Shown: positions 25,101-38,528 of the stretch, piece after piece
Numbering within the stretch: the stretch's first letter is position 1
How the letters are laid out: every line of letters starts with the position of its first letter
Source of the DNA: Chiloscyllium plagiosum
Lineage: Eukaryota
NCBI RefSeq assembly: GCF_004010195.1
Contig: NC_057756.1
Location: 3,416,129-3,480,128 of the forward strand
Reading direction: 5' to 3'
Length of the DNA: 64,000 nucleotides
Notes under the pieces: generated by a model
What the model was told of the DNA's origin: nothing
The model's database searches: none
What the model saw: the letters and a program-made list of their open reading frames with translations, nothing else
Position numbers and translations under genes: made by a program

Positions 25101-28100
25101 GTTTGGCGTTGGACAGACCCTCCCAATGAAGTAGTGCAAGTTTCGAGTCACAGAGAGAGGGCTGAAAGGAAGAGGACATTTTGCTGCTCACGTTCTTCAT
25201 GTGACTCTCAAATCACTTCGCTGAAGTGGGGCGTGGGAGAATTCAAGAATACAATAAATTGGATTGGGGCTGGTAAATTCGCTCAAATGGGACGGAATAG
25301 TTCATGCAATTTTGGGCTTTCCTTCCATTGACTCCACGAATAGCTTCTGTTCTCATCGGAGTAAGCTCTCCACCCAAATCTCCCTGGATCATGCAAATCA
25401 ACAAAAATATCGGTCTGAAATGTGGAAACGGTTGCCTCCACTGTTCTTCTCCTCCAGTGTTTGAGTTTTGGTTGACTCTTGATTTCAATCATTTTATTAT
25501 TTTACAATGTTTGAAATTATCAACTGGAAACTTTAACGTAAATATGATGATTTCACAAAGACACTTGCTTAACTTGAATGAGAAATGTAATGAGAAACAT
25601 TTTCTTTGATTGTTTGAGAGGCCAAAGGTTTCTGCAGATGCTTCATCACCGTGGAACAGCTTTATGTTTGAAACCAAGGCAGAAGTTGATTGGCAACTAA
25701 GATCACGTGGAGCAGCAGGCTGTCTCAGTGAGGGAACAGATGTTGAACACGCTTTTGGACTTCCGTTTCTCTTTTTTTAAAAAAAAATCTGTTTGCTCAT
25801 GGCACAGCATAATGTTTTGGAAGGTTATTTCCTCGCCTCTCAGAAGCAGCACTAAAAAGCTGAGAGAATAGTAAACTGAATTACAGGTAATAACTATTTT
25901 ATCTGAGTGAAATGTAAAGGGGCAATGACCGTGATCTCCATAATTTCATCCTTAAACCCTATATATTGTTTCCTTCTGGAACAACACGTTCTGATAAACA
26001 CCTCATTGTTGCGGCCAGATTTGGTTTCATTTTTGCATTATGTTCTTTATACGTCCACATGGATTTTTTTTTATTCTGACTGTCATTTGCACGAATGGGT
26101 TGAAAGCAAGACGCACGGGTACATAATAGATTTCATTGCTGTTTAACTTTGTACTTTTTTTACGTTACTGTTAATAACTTGCTAGTCTTTTGTACACTCT
26201 AAATCCAACGTCTGCAGAGTCTGGGATTATTTATTCAAGATGTGGTGAGGAACATTTGCATCAATTTTGACAGTTGTTAACGTTTGCATTTTGCAGTGTT
26301 ACAAATGCAGAGTTACAAAGGCTGATTTAATTTCTGTGTTACTAGCAGTGTTGGAACTACAGGTCGACATTAAGCACAAAACAGCAGATGCACTTTTCAT
26401 AAGATGTAAGCCAAGGCATGTAGTCTAAAAGAAAAAAAAACATTATTATGTAAAGCTTTCTGATAGTGTTAATTTATTTCAGTGTCCTTATTCTTTTTTT
26501 GTCTTACAACTAACATTGCATGTTTGAAGTGTTTCTTACTTCAAATCTGATAATTTTACAAATCGAACTGCATGTGGAATGGAACAAAATACACTAGTCA
26601 TTAAAATACGAAGAATAGAAAACAACAGTCTAAAATATCTTTCAATTATACTTTGTCAGGCATTTAGTCTGCTCCATGACCAGCTGGAGGCGCTTATCAA
26701 GATCAAATTCTCGAATTCCACGTTTGTTCGAAAATGGAATCACAGACAGTGAATGTTATTTTTTTATTTTGGATTCAATGCGAATGGTGTAAATAGCGTG
26801 AGCTTTATGTCATAATCCCTCTTTCAGTTGTTCAGTGATTTGAAGATTAGAGGAACGTCAGGAATTTAACAGAAAGTGCTCAAGGCAACCAATCAGTATT
26901 CACATATAAGCTGGAGCTGGAGTTTGCCTGTTTTTCTTGAGAAAGTAGAGATACTTGTGACAATTCCATGGCATTTGAAATTGGCAGAAATGTCACTGGA
27001 ATAGTCGAACTGGCTAAATTTGAAGTGAAAGTGAAGCAGCTTGAAATGAAAAAAAAAATGAGACAGCATGATTTACAATTAAAAGTAAATGAAGAAAAGA
27101 AATTCAGATGAATTCCTGTGACAGAACAAAGAGAGAATGAGAAATAAGACATGAAGAAAGAGAGAATTTCTTGAACTGCAGATGCTGGAAGTAAAAACTT
27201 AAAATCGATCGAAAATGGCACAGAGAGATGTGAAAATTAGTAGTAGTCATGAGCACTGTGACGTACATCAGTCCGATTGCAGCCAAAGGTCTGGCAGCGA
27301 TTTGTTTAAATATGGCAAAGCTTTGCATAACTTGAAATAGAAGGATTAACAAGCCTGCTTCCATTTCAGTTTTGAAATTGGCAAAACAAGATGCATGGTT
27401 CTTAATGTCGAAGCAGCTGTTGTTCGTAGAAACAATGTTGGAACGTGTAGCGAGTGAATGTTTCCTGAGAGCAGTTACGGAAAACAACAAGTAGGAATCA
27501 GTATTTGCAGAACACAATGCATCTAGCAACTAAATTTCCAGAAGCAATTCTATTATGTATCATTACAGAAAAGAAAATGGAATAGAGTCTCTCATTTTAG
27601 AAATAAAATACAGACAACCCGCAGAGATATAATCAAATAAAAGGTTACATTTTACATCAGATTTACTCATGAAGCTTTGGATTCATTACGAATTGAATAA
27701 TTCAAATCCACCAACAAGAATCACAGGGAAATTTAGAACGGTGTCATCAAACACTAAAGAGATTATTGACGTCTTGTACTCAAGTCTATCCAGAGAATGC
27801 ACGTTAACGAATTCCATCGTACTTATTTGCCATTAGGGATGCAACTAATTAAACTGTCAAAATGAATCAATTGGAATTAGTTTTCAGGAATGAGGTGAGA
27901 TGCGACTGAAATGCATTGAGGAGGAGTTGGTAAGTCAGATTTCAGAGACCAAATGACTGAACCATGAGTCAACCTTTAATGAAATAGTAAATAGAGCGGT
28001 CGAGTTGGCGAGACAGTATTCAAAGGTAGCACAACCTCTGATGAAACAGTAAACAGACATGAAATAAAAAGTACAATTTCACTGCATGAATTAAAGTGAT

Positions 28101-29199
28101 CCTATTACTTCCAGTGGAACAAAAACATTAAGGTTAACGTCAGGTTTATTCGGCTTTATATAATCAAAAGGAAACTGTTTGACTTGAACTATTCAATAAC
28201 ACCATCAAATAGAACGAAATTCCAGAAAGTTTATCATGTATATATGTTCAAAAGTTACTTTGCTCTGGAAGGAAAACAAAACAAACATGCACTGAGAGTT
28301 ACAACGTAGCGTATAGAATGACGTTCAGATCATTCTGCATTGGACATTCTTCAAGTTAAATTAGACAATGAGAACATTCATTAACATGAGGCAAACAATG
28401 TTGCGTTAAAGTTCAGAGGGAAATCGAAATGAAATAAAACTATTGCGATCAATTGGAGAGATATGCCGGTATAATCTACTCTTTTAATTATGCATGTTGC
28501 AGATAGATGAAATGCTATTTCAATCAAGAAAGACTCTAACGTACTTAGCCGGATAAAGATCATACAGGTTTTAAAATAGATTGAACACATGCTCATAGAC
28601 AACTTCAAAGAGAATTGCAGCGAGTAGGGATTATCCGTGTTAATGGTGTCAAAACACAGATGTGCACACAAATTATGTGTGGACGATTGTGAAGTCAATG
28701 CAGTTACTACAGCTACTTCACATCATATTCTACATATGATAGGTTGCATTCAGAAATTGGGACAAACACTTTACATCTTAAATTTGGGTTAATCTGAGTA
28801 TACTGCCAGGTACCTTTGTCTGAAAAAGCGAAGGACAGTCGTCTTTCACGACACTAAACATACTGTATTAGTTTCGGGTCAAGCCTTTTGATGTGAAGAA
28901 TGTGGCAGACACATTCCAAATATTAATCATTAAAGTCATTTCAGGATTACCAGTTGTGCGGCGTACGCAGAACATTGAATGTTACAGTATATGACAGGCT
29001 TTTAGGACCTCGATGTAGTGCCTAACTGTGAAAAATATCTGAAAACATTCCAACCTAAACATCACAGTTTTGATTCATAAGTTTATCTAATGACCACTTT
29101 AATGACCTTAAATTTGGCGAGTCTACTACTACTACTGTTGTATAGGTATTCTTCTTCCTCTTTTTGCAGTTCTGGTGTACTGCAGTGTGTTGTGGCTCT

Positions 29200-29770
29200 C
29201 GGACTCATAACAGCACAGAAACCAACAACCACTCTCAGACAACAACTCACCAGAACGAAGGACCCGATACCCAACATGAGTACCCGATACCCGATACCCA
29301 ACCAATGTAGTGTACAAAATCTCATTCAAGGACTGTACAAAACACTACATAGGACAAACAGGAAGACAGCTAACGATCTGCATCCATGAACACCAACTAG
29401 CCACGAAACGACACGACCAGCATCATGAATTCGACTGGAACAACACTACTATTATAGGACAAGCCAAACAGAGAACAGTCAGGGAATTCCTAGAGGCATG
29501 GCACTCATCCACAGATTCAATCAATAAGCACATCGATCTGGACCCAATATATCTACTACTGCAACGGACTGCTGGAACTGACAACCAGACGTGGCAGATT
29601 CAAACCACTACAAATGCGGTAGGAAAGATCACAGAAGCGCTTCACAGGAGCCTCCCAAGCACTGAGGATGTCACCTAGACAGGGGACGAAATGTCTGCAA
29701 CACAAATTCCCAGCTCGGCGGACAGAACGACAACAACGAGCACCCGAGCTACAAATCTTTGCACAAACGT
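29200..29770 (+). mobile_element. Penelope-like element 3' part (GIY-YIG endonuclease)
   Basis: ORF 29310-29678 reads YKISFKDCTKHYIGQTGRQLTICIHEHQ...REFLEAWHS. Hammerhead core CTGAGGA-T-GTCACCT-AGAC-AGGGGAC-GAAA at 29662-29691. Confidence 0.9.
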
Positions 29771-29774
29771 TGAA

Positions 29775-31050
29775 TTCTGATTACTCCTTGCAAAATGAAT
29801 CAGATTGCACTTTTCTCCATTCAATTCCGCTTGCCACCTCTCAACCCAGCTCTGCAGTTGATCCATATCTCTCTGTAACTTGCAACATCGTTCCGCACGA
29901 TCCACAACTCGACTAATCTTGGTGTCATCCGCAAATTTACTAATCCATCCTTCGCTGCCTCAACCAGATCATCTATAAAAGTGAGAAACTGTAGTACCCA
30001 AAACAGATCTTTGCGGTACACCACTGATAACAGAACTCCACAATGAACATCTCCCTTCAATCACTATAACCTGCCTTCTTTCAGCGATCCAATTTCTGAT
30101 TCAAACAGCATGGGTTGTGCAATAGCCTACTGTGGGGAACCTTCGCAAACGGCTATCTGCGATCCAAATATACAGCTTCAACTGCTTTCCGTTGTTCACC
30201 TATTTAGTGACAATCTTGAAGAACTCAGTAAGGTTTCTGAGGTGCGACTTACCCTTCACAAAACCGTGTTGACGATTCCGAATCAGTTTTTTTTTTCTTG
30301 ATCATTAGAAACCCTATCTATTGTAACCTTTTCCAGCACTTTACCCACAACTGAAAAAATGGTTCATTGGCCTATAACTGCCAGTGCTATTTTCTACTCC
30401 CCTTCTTGAACAAGGGGGCAAATTTGCTATCCTCCTCTCTTTTGTAGCTATTCCTGTAGACAATGATGACATAAAGATCAAAGCCAAAGGCACTGCAATG
30501 TCCTTCCTGAGAATCCTAGAATAATTTGCATTCACCAGAGGTGACTTATCTATTTTCACACTTTCTTGAATTGCTAGCACCTACTCTTTGTTAAATATTT
30601 CCCTGTATAGTCTAGTAACCTCTATATTCGTATTCTACTCGACACAAATATATTTTTCCACTGTGAATACTGACGAAAAATATTCATTTATCTCTCTTCC
30701 TATCTCCTCTGATCCACACAGAACGTCCCACTGCATTCTTTAATTGTCCGTAATCTTACTGTAGTCATTCTTTTATTCCAGATGCACCTGAGAAATTATT
30801 AGGACTTTCCTTGATCCTAGCTGACAAGGACTTCTTACATCGTGTCCTGGACATTCTTCATTCTCTCTTTCGGTTATTTCTGGCTAACTTGTTACACTCA
30901 ATTGTCCTAAATGAACCTTCACGTCTCATCCTAACATTTCCATTCTTTTTCCTCTTAACACGAGATTCGATTTCTTTAGTAAAATATGGCTCCTTCGCTC
31001 GACTACTCCCTCCCTTCCTGACAGCAGCACACTTGTCAAGACATATCATG
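29775..31050 (-). mobile_element. CR1 LINE internal fragment
   Basis: 'AERCCKLQRDMDQLQSWVERWQAE...KCNLIHF', 'KIDKSP...PLALIFMSSL', 'EPYFTKEIESRVKRKK'. Confidence 0.85.
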
Positions 31051-31687
31051 TACATATGATGATTTTCAATGGCACATAGAAGGGACTTTGAAGCATCTTT
31101 CAGAAATGATGGATTGAATTTATGGTGCAGGCTTTGTGACAAACCTGGCTAGCAATGTGTTCGCAAAAGCCCAAGGTATTTTCCTGTGCCATGTCATTGG
31201 ACTGGGACTGATGGCTTCAGGGGATCTGAAAACAAAGATTATTCAGGAGGTTCCCACATCATCGACAAAGATTAATGTAAAACAACTCATGGGACAGACT
31301 TTTTTTATGTTTAATTGGCACTGTTTAACCATATATTCGCCGCGTGATTGCTCCACTGACTGACTTGTTGATGAAGTGCAGAAGAAAGTAAGCAGACGGA
31401 GGAAAATGAGAACGCATTTGACAGTCTGAAAGTTGTGTTAACTTCAGCTCATTGCAACCAAAAATAATTACACAGAGCCACTCAAGGTTGTGAGCGACAA
31501 AAGTGATGAGGGTATCAGTGTTGTACTCAATGCAATAAAATTGTGTGACGATCTAAAGACCTATTTTAACTTTACAAATATTGAATAATCATTCAAAAGA
31601 CATTTTTCACGATTGAGTTGGCGACATTGAGAATAATGTTGGCATGGCGACATTTTAAGTATTGAGATTGTCATTGCTATGTCTGAG

Positions 31688-31887
31688 GAGAAAGTGAGGT
31701 CTGCAGATGCTGGAGATCAGAGCTGAAAATGTGTTGCTGGAAAAGCGCAGCAGGTCAGGCAGCATCCAGGGTACAGGAGAATCGACGTTTCGGGCATTCC
31801 TGAAGAAGGGCTTATGCCCGAAACGTCGATTCTCCTGTTCCTGGATGCTGCCTGACCTGCTGCGCTTTTCCAGCAACACATTTTCAG
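31688..31887. mobile_element. Palindromic Penelope-pLTR-derived insertion with hammerhead core and TSD
   Basis: Internal inverted repeat around CTGAAGAAGGGCTTATGCCCGAAACGTC (~31800-31827). Flanked by CATTGCT(A/G)TGTCTGAG at 31672-31687 and 31888-31903. Confidence 0.85.
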
Positions 31888-32249
31888 CATTGCTGTGTCT
31901 GAGAAATTTGTACGTGGTAATCATAATTTCTTCACGTTTGACAAAAGCGATGAAAAATCAGTCTGTTAAACGTAGTTATTATTGCAGACATTCAATTTGA
32001 AAATTATGCAGTTGCAGAAACAGAGAATGCAGTTGCTGACGAGCTGTCATAATTTTGATGAAAGAAGATGCAGTCTTTCAATTGCTGAAAAAGAATGAAC
32101 TGAATTGGATTCTAACAGTGAATGATTGCTTTCTTGACCTCAAAGTGACATTTGGATAATGTAGTGTACTAATAGCTTAAGACAAACCGGTTTTTTAAAA
32201 AAGTATTGCATCTTTGTGTAACCGTTGGTTCTTCTATTTAAGAGGGGAA

Positions 32250-32740
32250 GTGTGACTATACGATGTTCTTTAAAATTGTACATGGCTTTCTTGTATTGAA
32301 GCAAGGTTTAAGGAAGTGATAGAAATGTGTGTACTTAGATCATATAAAGTAAAGAGTTAGTGAGACATTTTTTCAAACATTGGAACAATTCAAGCGGCCT
32401 GAATGGGTAAAGTTAAGCTACAAGGAAGCAGGAATTTTAGTTTTTAGTTTTTATTAGTTGGTGCGGGGGTCTTAAAGCTGGGTTGAAGACGCAGTGATTT
32501 TCTCCCTGCTATTATCTCTCTGAAACTTTCATCTTGATGAATTCCACCTGGACTTGAGAATTGTCTGTTAGACTTTATTTTTTGATGTTGCCTTTTACTA
32601 AAGGAGTGCTTATGTAACATTATTATATTGAGACCATGACAATTTAGTTGTACACTATTCTATTGAGCTGCTAAGTTTTCCAAAGCAGTTAAGTTGATTC
32701 AATTTCTGATATATTTTTAGAATCAATCTTTGTTTTACAA
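32250..32740 (+). mobile_element. Probable 3' LTR of the Gypsy relic
   Basis: Begins TG immediately after a polypurine tract and resembles the LTR at 16435. Confidence 0.5.
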
Positions 32741-34788
32741 GATGGCAGCAGAATTGAACGCTCCTGCTGAGCTCCTCTGCTCCACGTGTTATTTTTCTTT
32801 CTTATTCCTTTGCTTTCTCCTTTTTTTCTTCTTCTCTCCCATGAGCACTGGAGGCTAATCCTGGAGCAGCAGCAGGCTTGGACAGCAATTGTCGGAGAAG
32901 CGAACTGTGGAAATGTTCGTGGGCTACAAGATCTGGAGGAATGCGAGCAGCAATCTCTGGAGCATCGCAAGGAGCGAGCCCCAGAACAACATGAGCAGCA
33001 AGCCCTGGAGTAGCGCCAGCAGCGAGCCTTTGAACAGCACATAAGCTTCCAGCTCAAGAACGGCAAAGCAGCGAGACCTCGTGTAGACCTTGGGTTGCGA
33101 GTGCAGCACTGTATGGGCTGACAGACCCACAACAGCGCTGGTTGAAAGCACTGGAACAGTGCGTGGGCTGCATGCTCCAGGCAAGTCTGTCGGAACAGCC
33201 CCAGAGCAGCACGTGGATAAGCAGTCACGGAGCAGTGCACAGGTATCAAGTCCTGGACAGAGCCTTGGGCAAAGGAACTTACTTTGGTATGGAGTGGATC
33301 AGTATTGGAGAAGATGGGGGATGGCAGTTGGTCTAAATTTACGCTGGAGTGGTCGGACCACATGTGTCGTCCCTGAGCTGAGTTGTTATAATTTTATGTT
33401 CATTTCAAGTTTCCTAACTTACAATAATTGTCTGGCATTCAATGACGTCTTATTTTTAGCTCATTTTTTTCTGACTGTGAACTAATCGAACGTCGTTTAT
33501 TCCACAGTTATATCCAAGATATTTTTTAGTAGTACTTATACCTTAGATGCCACCTTGAAAAACAAAAGTTTTAAAAGGTTTCTCACTTTGCACCTTCTGA
33601 ATCTAGTAGATCGTTCTTTAAATAAAACGTGACTCCACAATTGGGAATATGCAACTGAAAAAAACCCTCCGATATTGCAAATAAAGTGAGACTAATCTGC
33701 ATTTTTATCAATTGTACATGGTGTTCACTAGTCACATAGTGATATCTCTCCAAAGGTTTGGTAACATATGTTCCCTTAATCACTTAATGCATTGGCACTG
33801 CCAAAAAAGACAAAGAAAGGAAACACTGTACAGTCATATATACTTTCATCTAGACAAGTGTCGAAGTCCACTACCTCAAAATTAGTTCACCATTTTTTTC
33901 TTTTTGCTTTGCAATAAGTAGCAATACCATTTGTACAAAATTAAACGTGGAGGTAATGGTTTCAAACACGCTGTAGAAATAAACAAAAGTGCCTGTGTTA
34001 TATTCTATATCAAACCTCTTCAAAATATAGTGAGAATACTGTTGAAGCATTCACGTTTTCTTATTTAAAAATGTATATTATCAGCTAGTTTAACTGTGCG
34101 ATTCATATGTCTGTTGCATCAAATCTGTTTGTTTGGCAAGTCGAGTTGATTCAGGAAAGCAATGCTGAAGTCTTATCTTTACAGTAACAAAACAGTTATT
34201 GCATGAGGATAAGTATTCAAAAGTATCGAAAAATGATGCATCTCAAAATAACCGGCATGAATTATCCAATTGATAGCTGTGGAAGCAGGATGCGTAACTA
34301 CACAATAGGCTATTATAAATGCTCAGAGGTTCAGACTTATTTCTTCCAGCACTGATGAAGACAGACCTCGCAATACAGGAGGTCCTGAAACAAATCACTG
34401 AATGTATGCGGCTATATTCCACATTGACTATTGGTGAAAAATCGAACAAATAATAAAATAACTGTGGATTAGTCACGAATAAATGCTATGTCACGTGGAA
34501 TGAATCACAAGAACATAACTATGAGAAATGAAAGCAAATTTTACAAATGCTCTATTTACCAACCTATCTACTTGTCACACAAGTTTCAAATAATTTGGAA
34601 TTCGATCTACTTTTCACGTAATTTTCAAATAATTTGGAACTTGATCTCGTGGTATATAAGGCTTGAAGAATTTGTTTTCATTTTATTTGTAGTTTCAACG
34701 TGCCAGAATAAACTTATGGTGAAGACATTTGCCTTCTCTTCTTCGAAGATTCAATCTGCATTGCTAAATTTGTGTCACTTGTTTATCA

Positions 34789-35046
34789 GAGCTGAAAATG
34801 TATTGCTGGAAATGCGCAGCAGATCAGGCAGCATCCAGGGAACAGGGGAATATCAGGCAGCATCCAGGGAACAGGGGAATCGACGTTTCGGGCATAAGAC
34901 CTGCTTCAGGAATCATAAGCCCTGAAGAAGGACTTATGCCCGAAACGTCGATTCTCCTGTTCCCTGGATGCTGCCTGATCTGCTGCGCTTTTCCAGCAAC
35001 ACATTTTCAGCTCTGATCTCCAGCGTCTGCAGACCTCACTTTCTCC
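34789..35046. mobile_element. Palindromic Penelope-pLTR-derived insertion with hammerhead-like cores on both strands and TSD
   Basis: Head-to-head copies. Cores at ~34881-34910 (-) and 34922-34949 (+), both with mutations. Flanked by TCACTTGTTTATCA at 34775-34788 and 35047-35060. Confidence 0.85.
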
Positions 35047-35808
35047 TCACTTGTTTATCACACATGTATATAACTGGAGATTTCTGCTCTATTTCAATAC
35101 ATCACTATCTTTATCCGAATTCTGCAGTTTGTGTTTTTGCTTTATTCTACATCAACATATTGTGTAACATTTGTGAATTATAATAGGGATACAAAGCACA
35201 AAATGCAATCGAATATTGTACTAGCATTGTAAATTGTCCATTACTTCCTTGACCCTGAACCTTGAACTTCCCCTTTTAGATCATATTTCCATTTTTGCTG
35301 AACCTCTGTCTTCCAAATACAAAATATACTTGTTACTACAGATGCGAATTATCCGAACGTATTTCAATTTATTTTTGCTTCAGAACCAAGTATCAATCAT
35401 GTCTTTCCTTTGAAATATTTACAATAAAGTAGACTGGTATCCACATAAATCTAAATCGTCTATTTGCATTGGCATCACAAATCTTGATCGAAAACAGAAT
35501 TTTCTCGATAAATGCAACGGTTTTATGCTGATCTGTGGGGAGAAAGTAAAGTTAACGTTTTGAGTCAGGTGAATCTTCTTCACGTTCATGTCCTGGTTGC
35601 TCTCATGAAGTGTCACTGTATTTGAAATGTGACCACAGTGTCTCCCAACTGATGCGGTTCGATCCGCCGACTTCTGCCAGCAATTTCTGTTTTCATTTCA
35701 GCTGTCCAAAACTCATAGTCCATTATTTAATTGCAAGACTATATTGATGGAGAATGATGCATCAATAATGATCAAACTATTTTCCCTGAACTTGTTTTTT
35801 CCCAGCAG

Positions 35809-35829
35809 GTGACCCAAAGCTCCAGAAAG
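35809..35829 (+). other. Candidate 21-nt micro-exon
   Basis: TTTTTTCCCAGCAG acceptor, AAG/GTAAGA donor. Phase-1 reading DPKLQK. Confidence 0.45.
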
Positions 35830-36574
35830 GTAAGACATTAAGGAAGTGTTAATATTTCAGTGTAAATTAGCAGGCACTGGCAGTATGTTTTTGTGTCTCA
35901 AAATGTCAAGAAACTATTAGGCCCCGAATTCACATGTTATTGAAACAAAAAAAAAATCGCAGTTCTATTCACATTGATTACATGTTATGAACTCGGATTG
36001 CAAAGCACAACTTATTAACAATGATGTAGAAACTTTCGTTTTCATGTCAACTATTAAACTTGTGCACAGATTCATGGATATTTGAGAATCAGAAACAGTA
36101 ATGTCGAAACAGGGAAAGGCAGATGAAGTTGCAGAGAGACTGCATGGATATAGAGATGCGGATTGGCAAAGTTAATCTTTTCAAGCAGTTGTGTCAACCT
36201 CAACTTGGAACTTTAAGGAAATCAGTGCACACTGTGGATAAAACAACGTCATAGCTCGTCCGCTTTGAGTCATGGCCTGATGCGTATGCTCAAAGCAGCC
36301 TTGAAATAAATTAATTTTATTTCGCTACTTATTTTTATTTTTATAATTCCTGTCTTCGAAACCTGTTATGTAGAGAAATATTAACAATGTAGGAGGCCAG
36401 TAGGTTTACATACAATAAGGCAATGTCTTATTGTCAGCTTCATGAATTTTCTGGTCGAATGATGAATGAGATAGTGACCATGAGAAGAAGAGCGACGTGA
36501 AACATGTATCATGTTCGCGCAGATCATAAATGATAAAAACTAAATTCCCTCATCCCCATGCTACTGCTTTGCAG

Positions 36575-36583
36575 AATGCGGTG
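36575..36583 (+). other. Candidate 9-nt micro-exon containing ATG
   Basis: CTACTGCTTTGCAG / AATGCGGTG / GTAAGG. Confidence 0.25.
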
Positions 36584-38507
36584 GTAAGGACACCTCAGAT
36601 GAAAGCGTTGGACAGTTTATTTAAGACTTTATAATTCATGTTAGATATCCACAATGTGATGCCTGTAAGGCCCATGGAATGTCCTTTGGATATGGGCAGA
36701 GAACGTTTACACCTCTCTGAAAATTACACCATATTCAGTAAGTCTTGATGGCTTCTTCATGATAGTTTTAGCAATGTACATTAGCTGTTCTTGCATGTTC
36801 CACAGACTATCCAGACAAACATCTGATACTTAAAAATTATCCCACTCTGAACGGCAAATCAAGTGTCATTGAGGCAAAGTTAATGTCTTCTCAGAAATTG
36901 TATTGCCGAAGTGTTGCATTTGTTTGTTCTTCTGCAATTAGTAAAATTAAAATGATAGAATACCAGATCGAACCTTTTGTGCACGGCTTTTTTTTTTTCA
37001 TCCTCCAGAAATCAAGTGGAAATGTAAAACAAACGCATTTTTAAACTTGGAGAAATATGAACTGCGAATTGTTGTTTAAAAATAAATGTAAGTGAAACTG
37101 AAAACATGGAAGACCTATTGTGGCGATCTGCTTCCCACTCTCAATTAGCTCATTTGAAATGATGGTTAAGGATCTCATTTTAAAAACAAAACTTAAATCC
37201 CTTTTCGGAATGCTTAGTTGAGCAGAGTCCATCATCACAATGACGTTCACTGTTCAAAATAAAACGAGCTCCTCGAATCCAGAGACAGATAAGTTGTGTA
37301 ATCACATATTATTTGTTCTGAGGTTGACCAGAAGACCCATGGACCAAAGGTTGCATCTTATTTTACAGAAATTTAAAACGCAAAATTACATTAAAATCAT
37401 TCTTTGGATTTTGTGTTATCTGTATATCAAAAACCATTTAAAACATGCACAAAGTTAGGAAAATGACCTCGTCACACGACATAGTCAATTAGATTTCATG
37501 CCTTACCCACATATTGCGACTTCATTAACAGGGTAGCAAGGATTTTGTAAATGTCCAGAATTTAAATGAAGGAATTACTGATTCCTGCAGTTTGAACATT
37601 CATCACAAACAAAAAGAAAGGTTTGCTAATATAAGAAAGCGTGCAGCACTGACTTGCAAAATACTTTTTAAAAACGTATTTACAATTAAATTGACTGTTG
37701 CAGTGAATAATGGAAAGAAGGTGGCTTGAAATTCTTATTTGCAAAAATATTGGAAGCACACAAATCAATAAAGCTGTGAAATTATATCGAAACATTGTCG
37801 TATTCATTGGATTGATTTCATACTGCACAATTGCCCCATACCTAAAGATTGAATTGGATGTTTAAAATTATGTAATTGTTTTTATTTTATATTCCAAAGA
37901 ATGTCTCAATGCTATTTAACTTTGTTTTCCATTGTTATTCATACACTGAAATATTGAATGTAAATATTTTATTCATCATTCTGATAATGAAAATAGTTGC
38001 CTATTCTAAACTTATATGTTTTTACTGTCAGATAATTTGCACAATTTCATCTACAACATTTGACAACTTTTGCTTGATCGCTTAGATGATAGTTGTCCAC
38101 TCTCAAAATACAATCCTTGCGTTCACGTCAATGTATGTCTGGTGGTGAAATGGAGAATAACTGTGTGAGATTATGCAAGGTATTTTACAATATGCAAAAC
38201 TTCGGTTTGAGCATATTTTATGTATATTTTAAAAAAGGATAATGGAATGCATGGCTATCTTCTGACATACAAACACCACAAATATGGGTACCTCTTTGAC
38301 TAACGATGACATTAATATGATGCAATGTGCAATGTTACAAGTCTCTGTTCTGTGTAAATCTGTGCAGTGTTGCCTGGAGCAATTTAACTCATAACTCGAA
38401 AAGTAAAAATCCCTTCTTTGCATTTATTGCTGTGCAACATGCTTAGACATGCTGGTGGGATTTAGTTTTGGCTGAAAATTTCATCTGCTCCGTTTGCACA
38501 CTCACAG

Positions 38508-38528
38508 ATCTGACTAAGTGCCAAGAAG
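38508..38528 (+). other. Candidate 21-nt micro-exon upstream of locus Y
   Basis: CTCACAG acceptor, AAG/GTAAGA donor. Phase-1 reading LTKCQE, similar to ITTCQT at 57412-57432. Confidence 0.5.

Larger units (their letters stand above)
26690..32245 (+). mobile_element. Degenerate Gmr1-like Gypsy internal region (gag, integrase remnant, RT/RNase H), interrupted
   Basis: RT 'KLCVDDCEVNAVT' (~28670), 'YCQVPLSEKAK' (28801) and 'PFDVKNVADTFQ' (~28884). RT resumes after insertions at ~31055. Purine tract AAGAGGGGAAG precedes TGTGA at ~32250. Confidence 0.7.

Noticed and set aside
32689..33363. Longest ORF in the window (224 aa) as a gene
   Set aside because: Low-complexity, lies in a repeat-like insertion, and has no recognisable domain.
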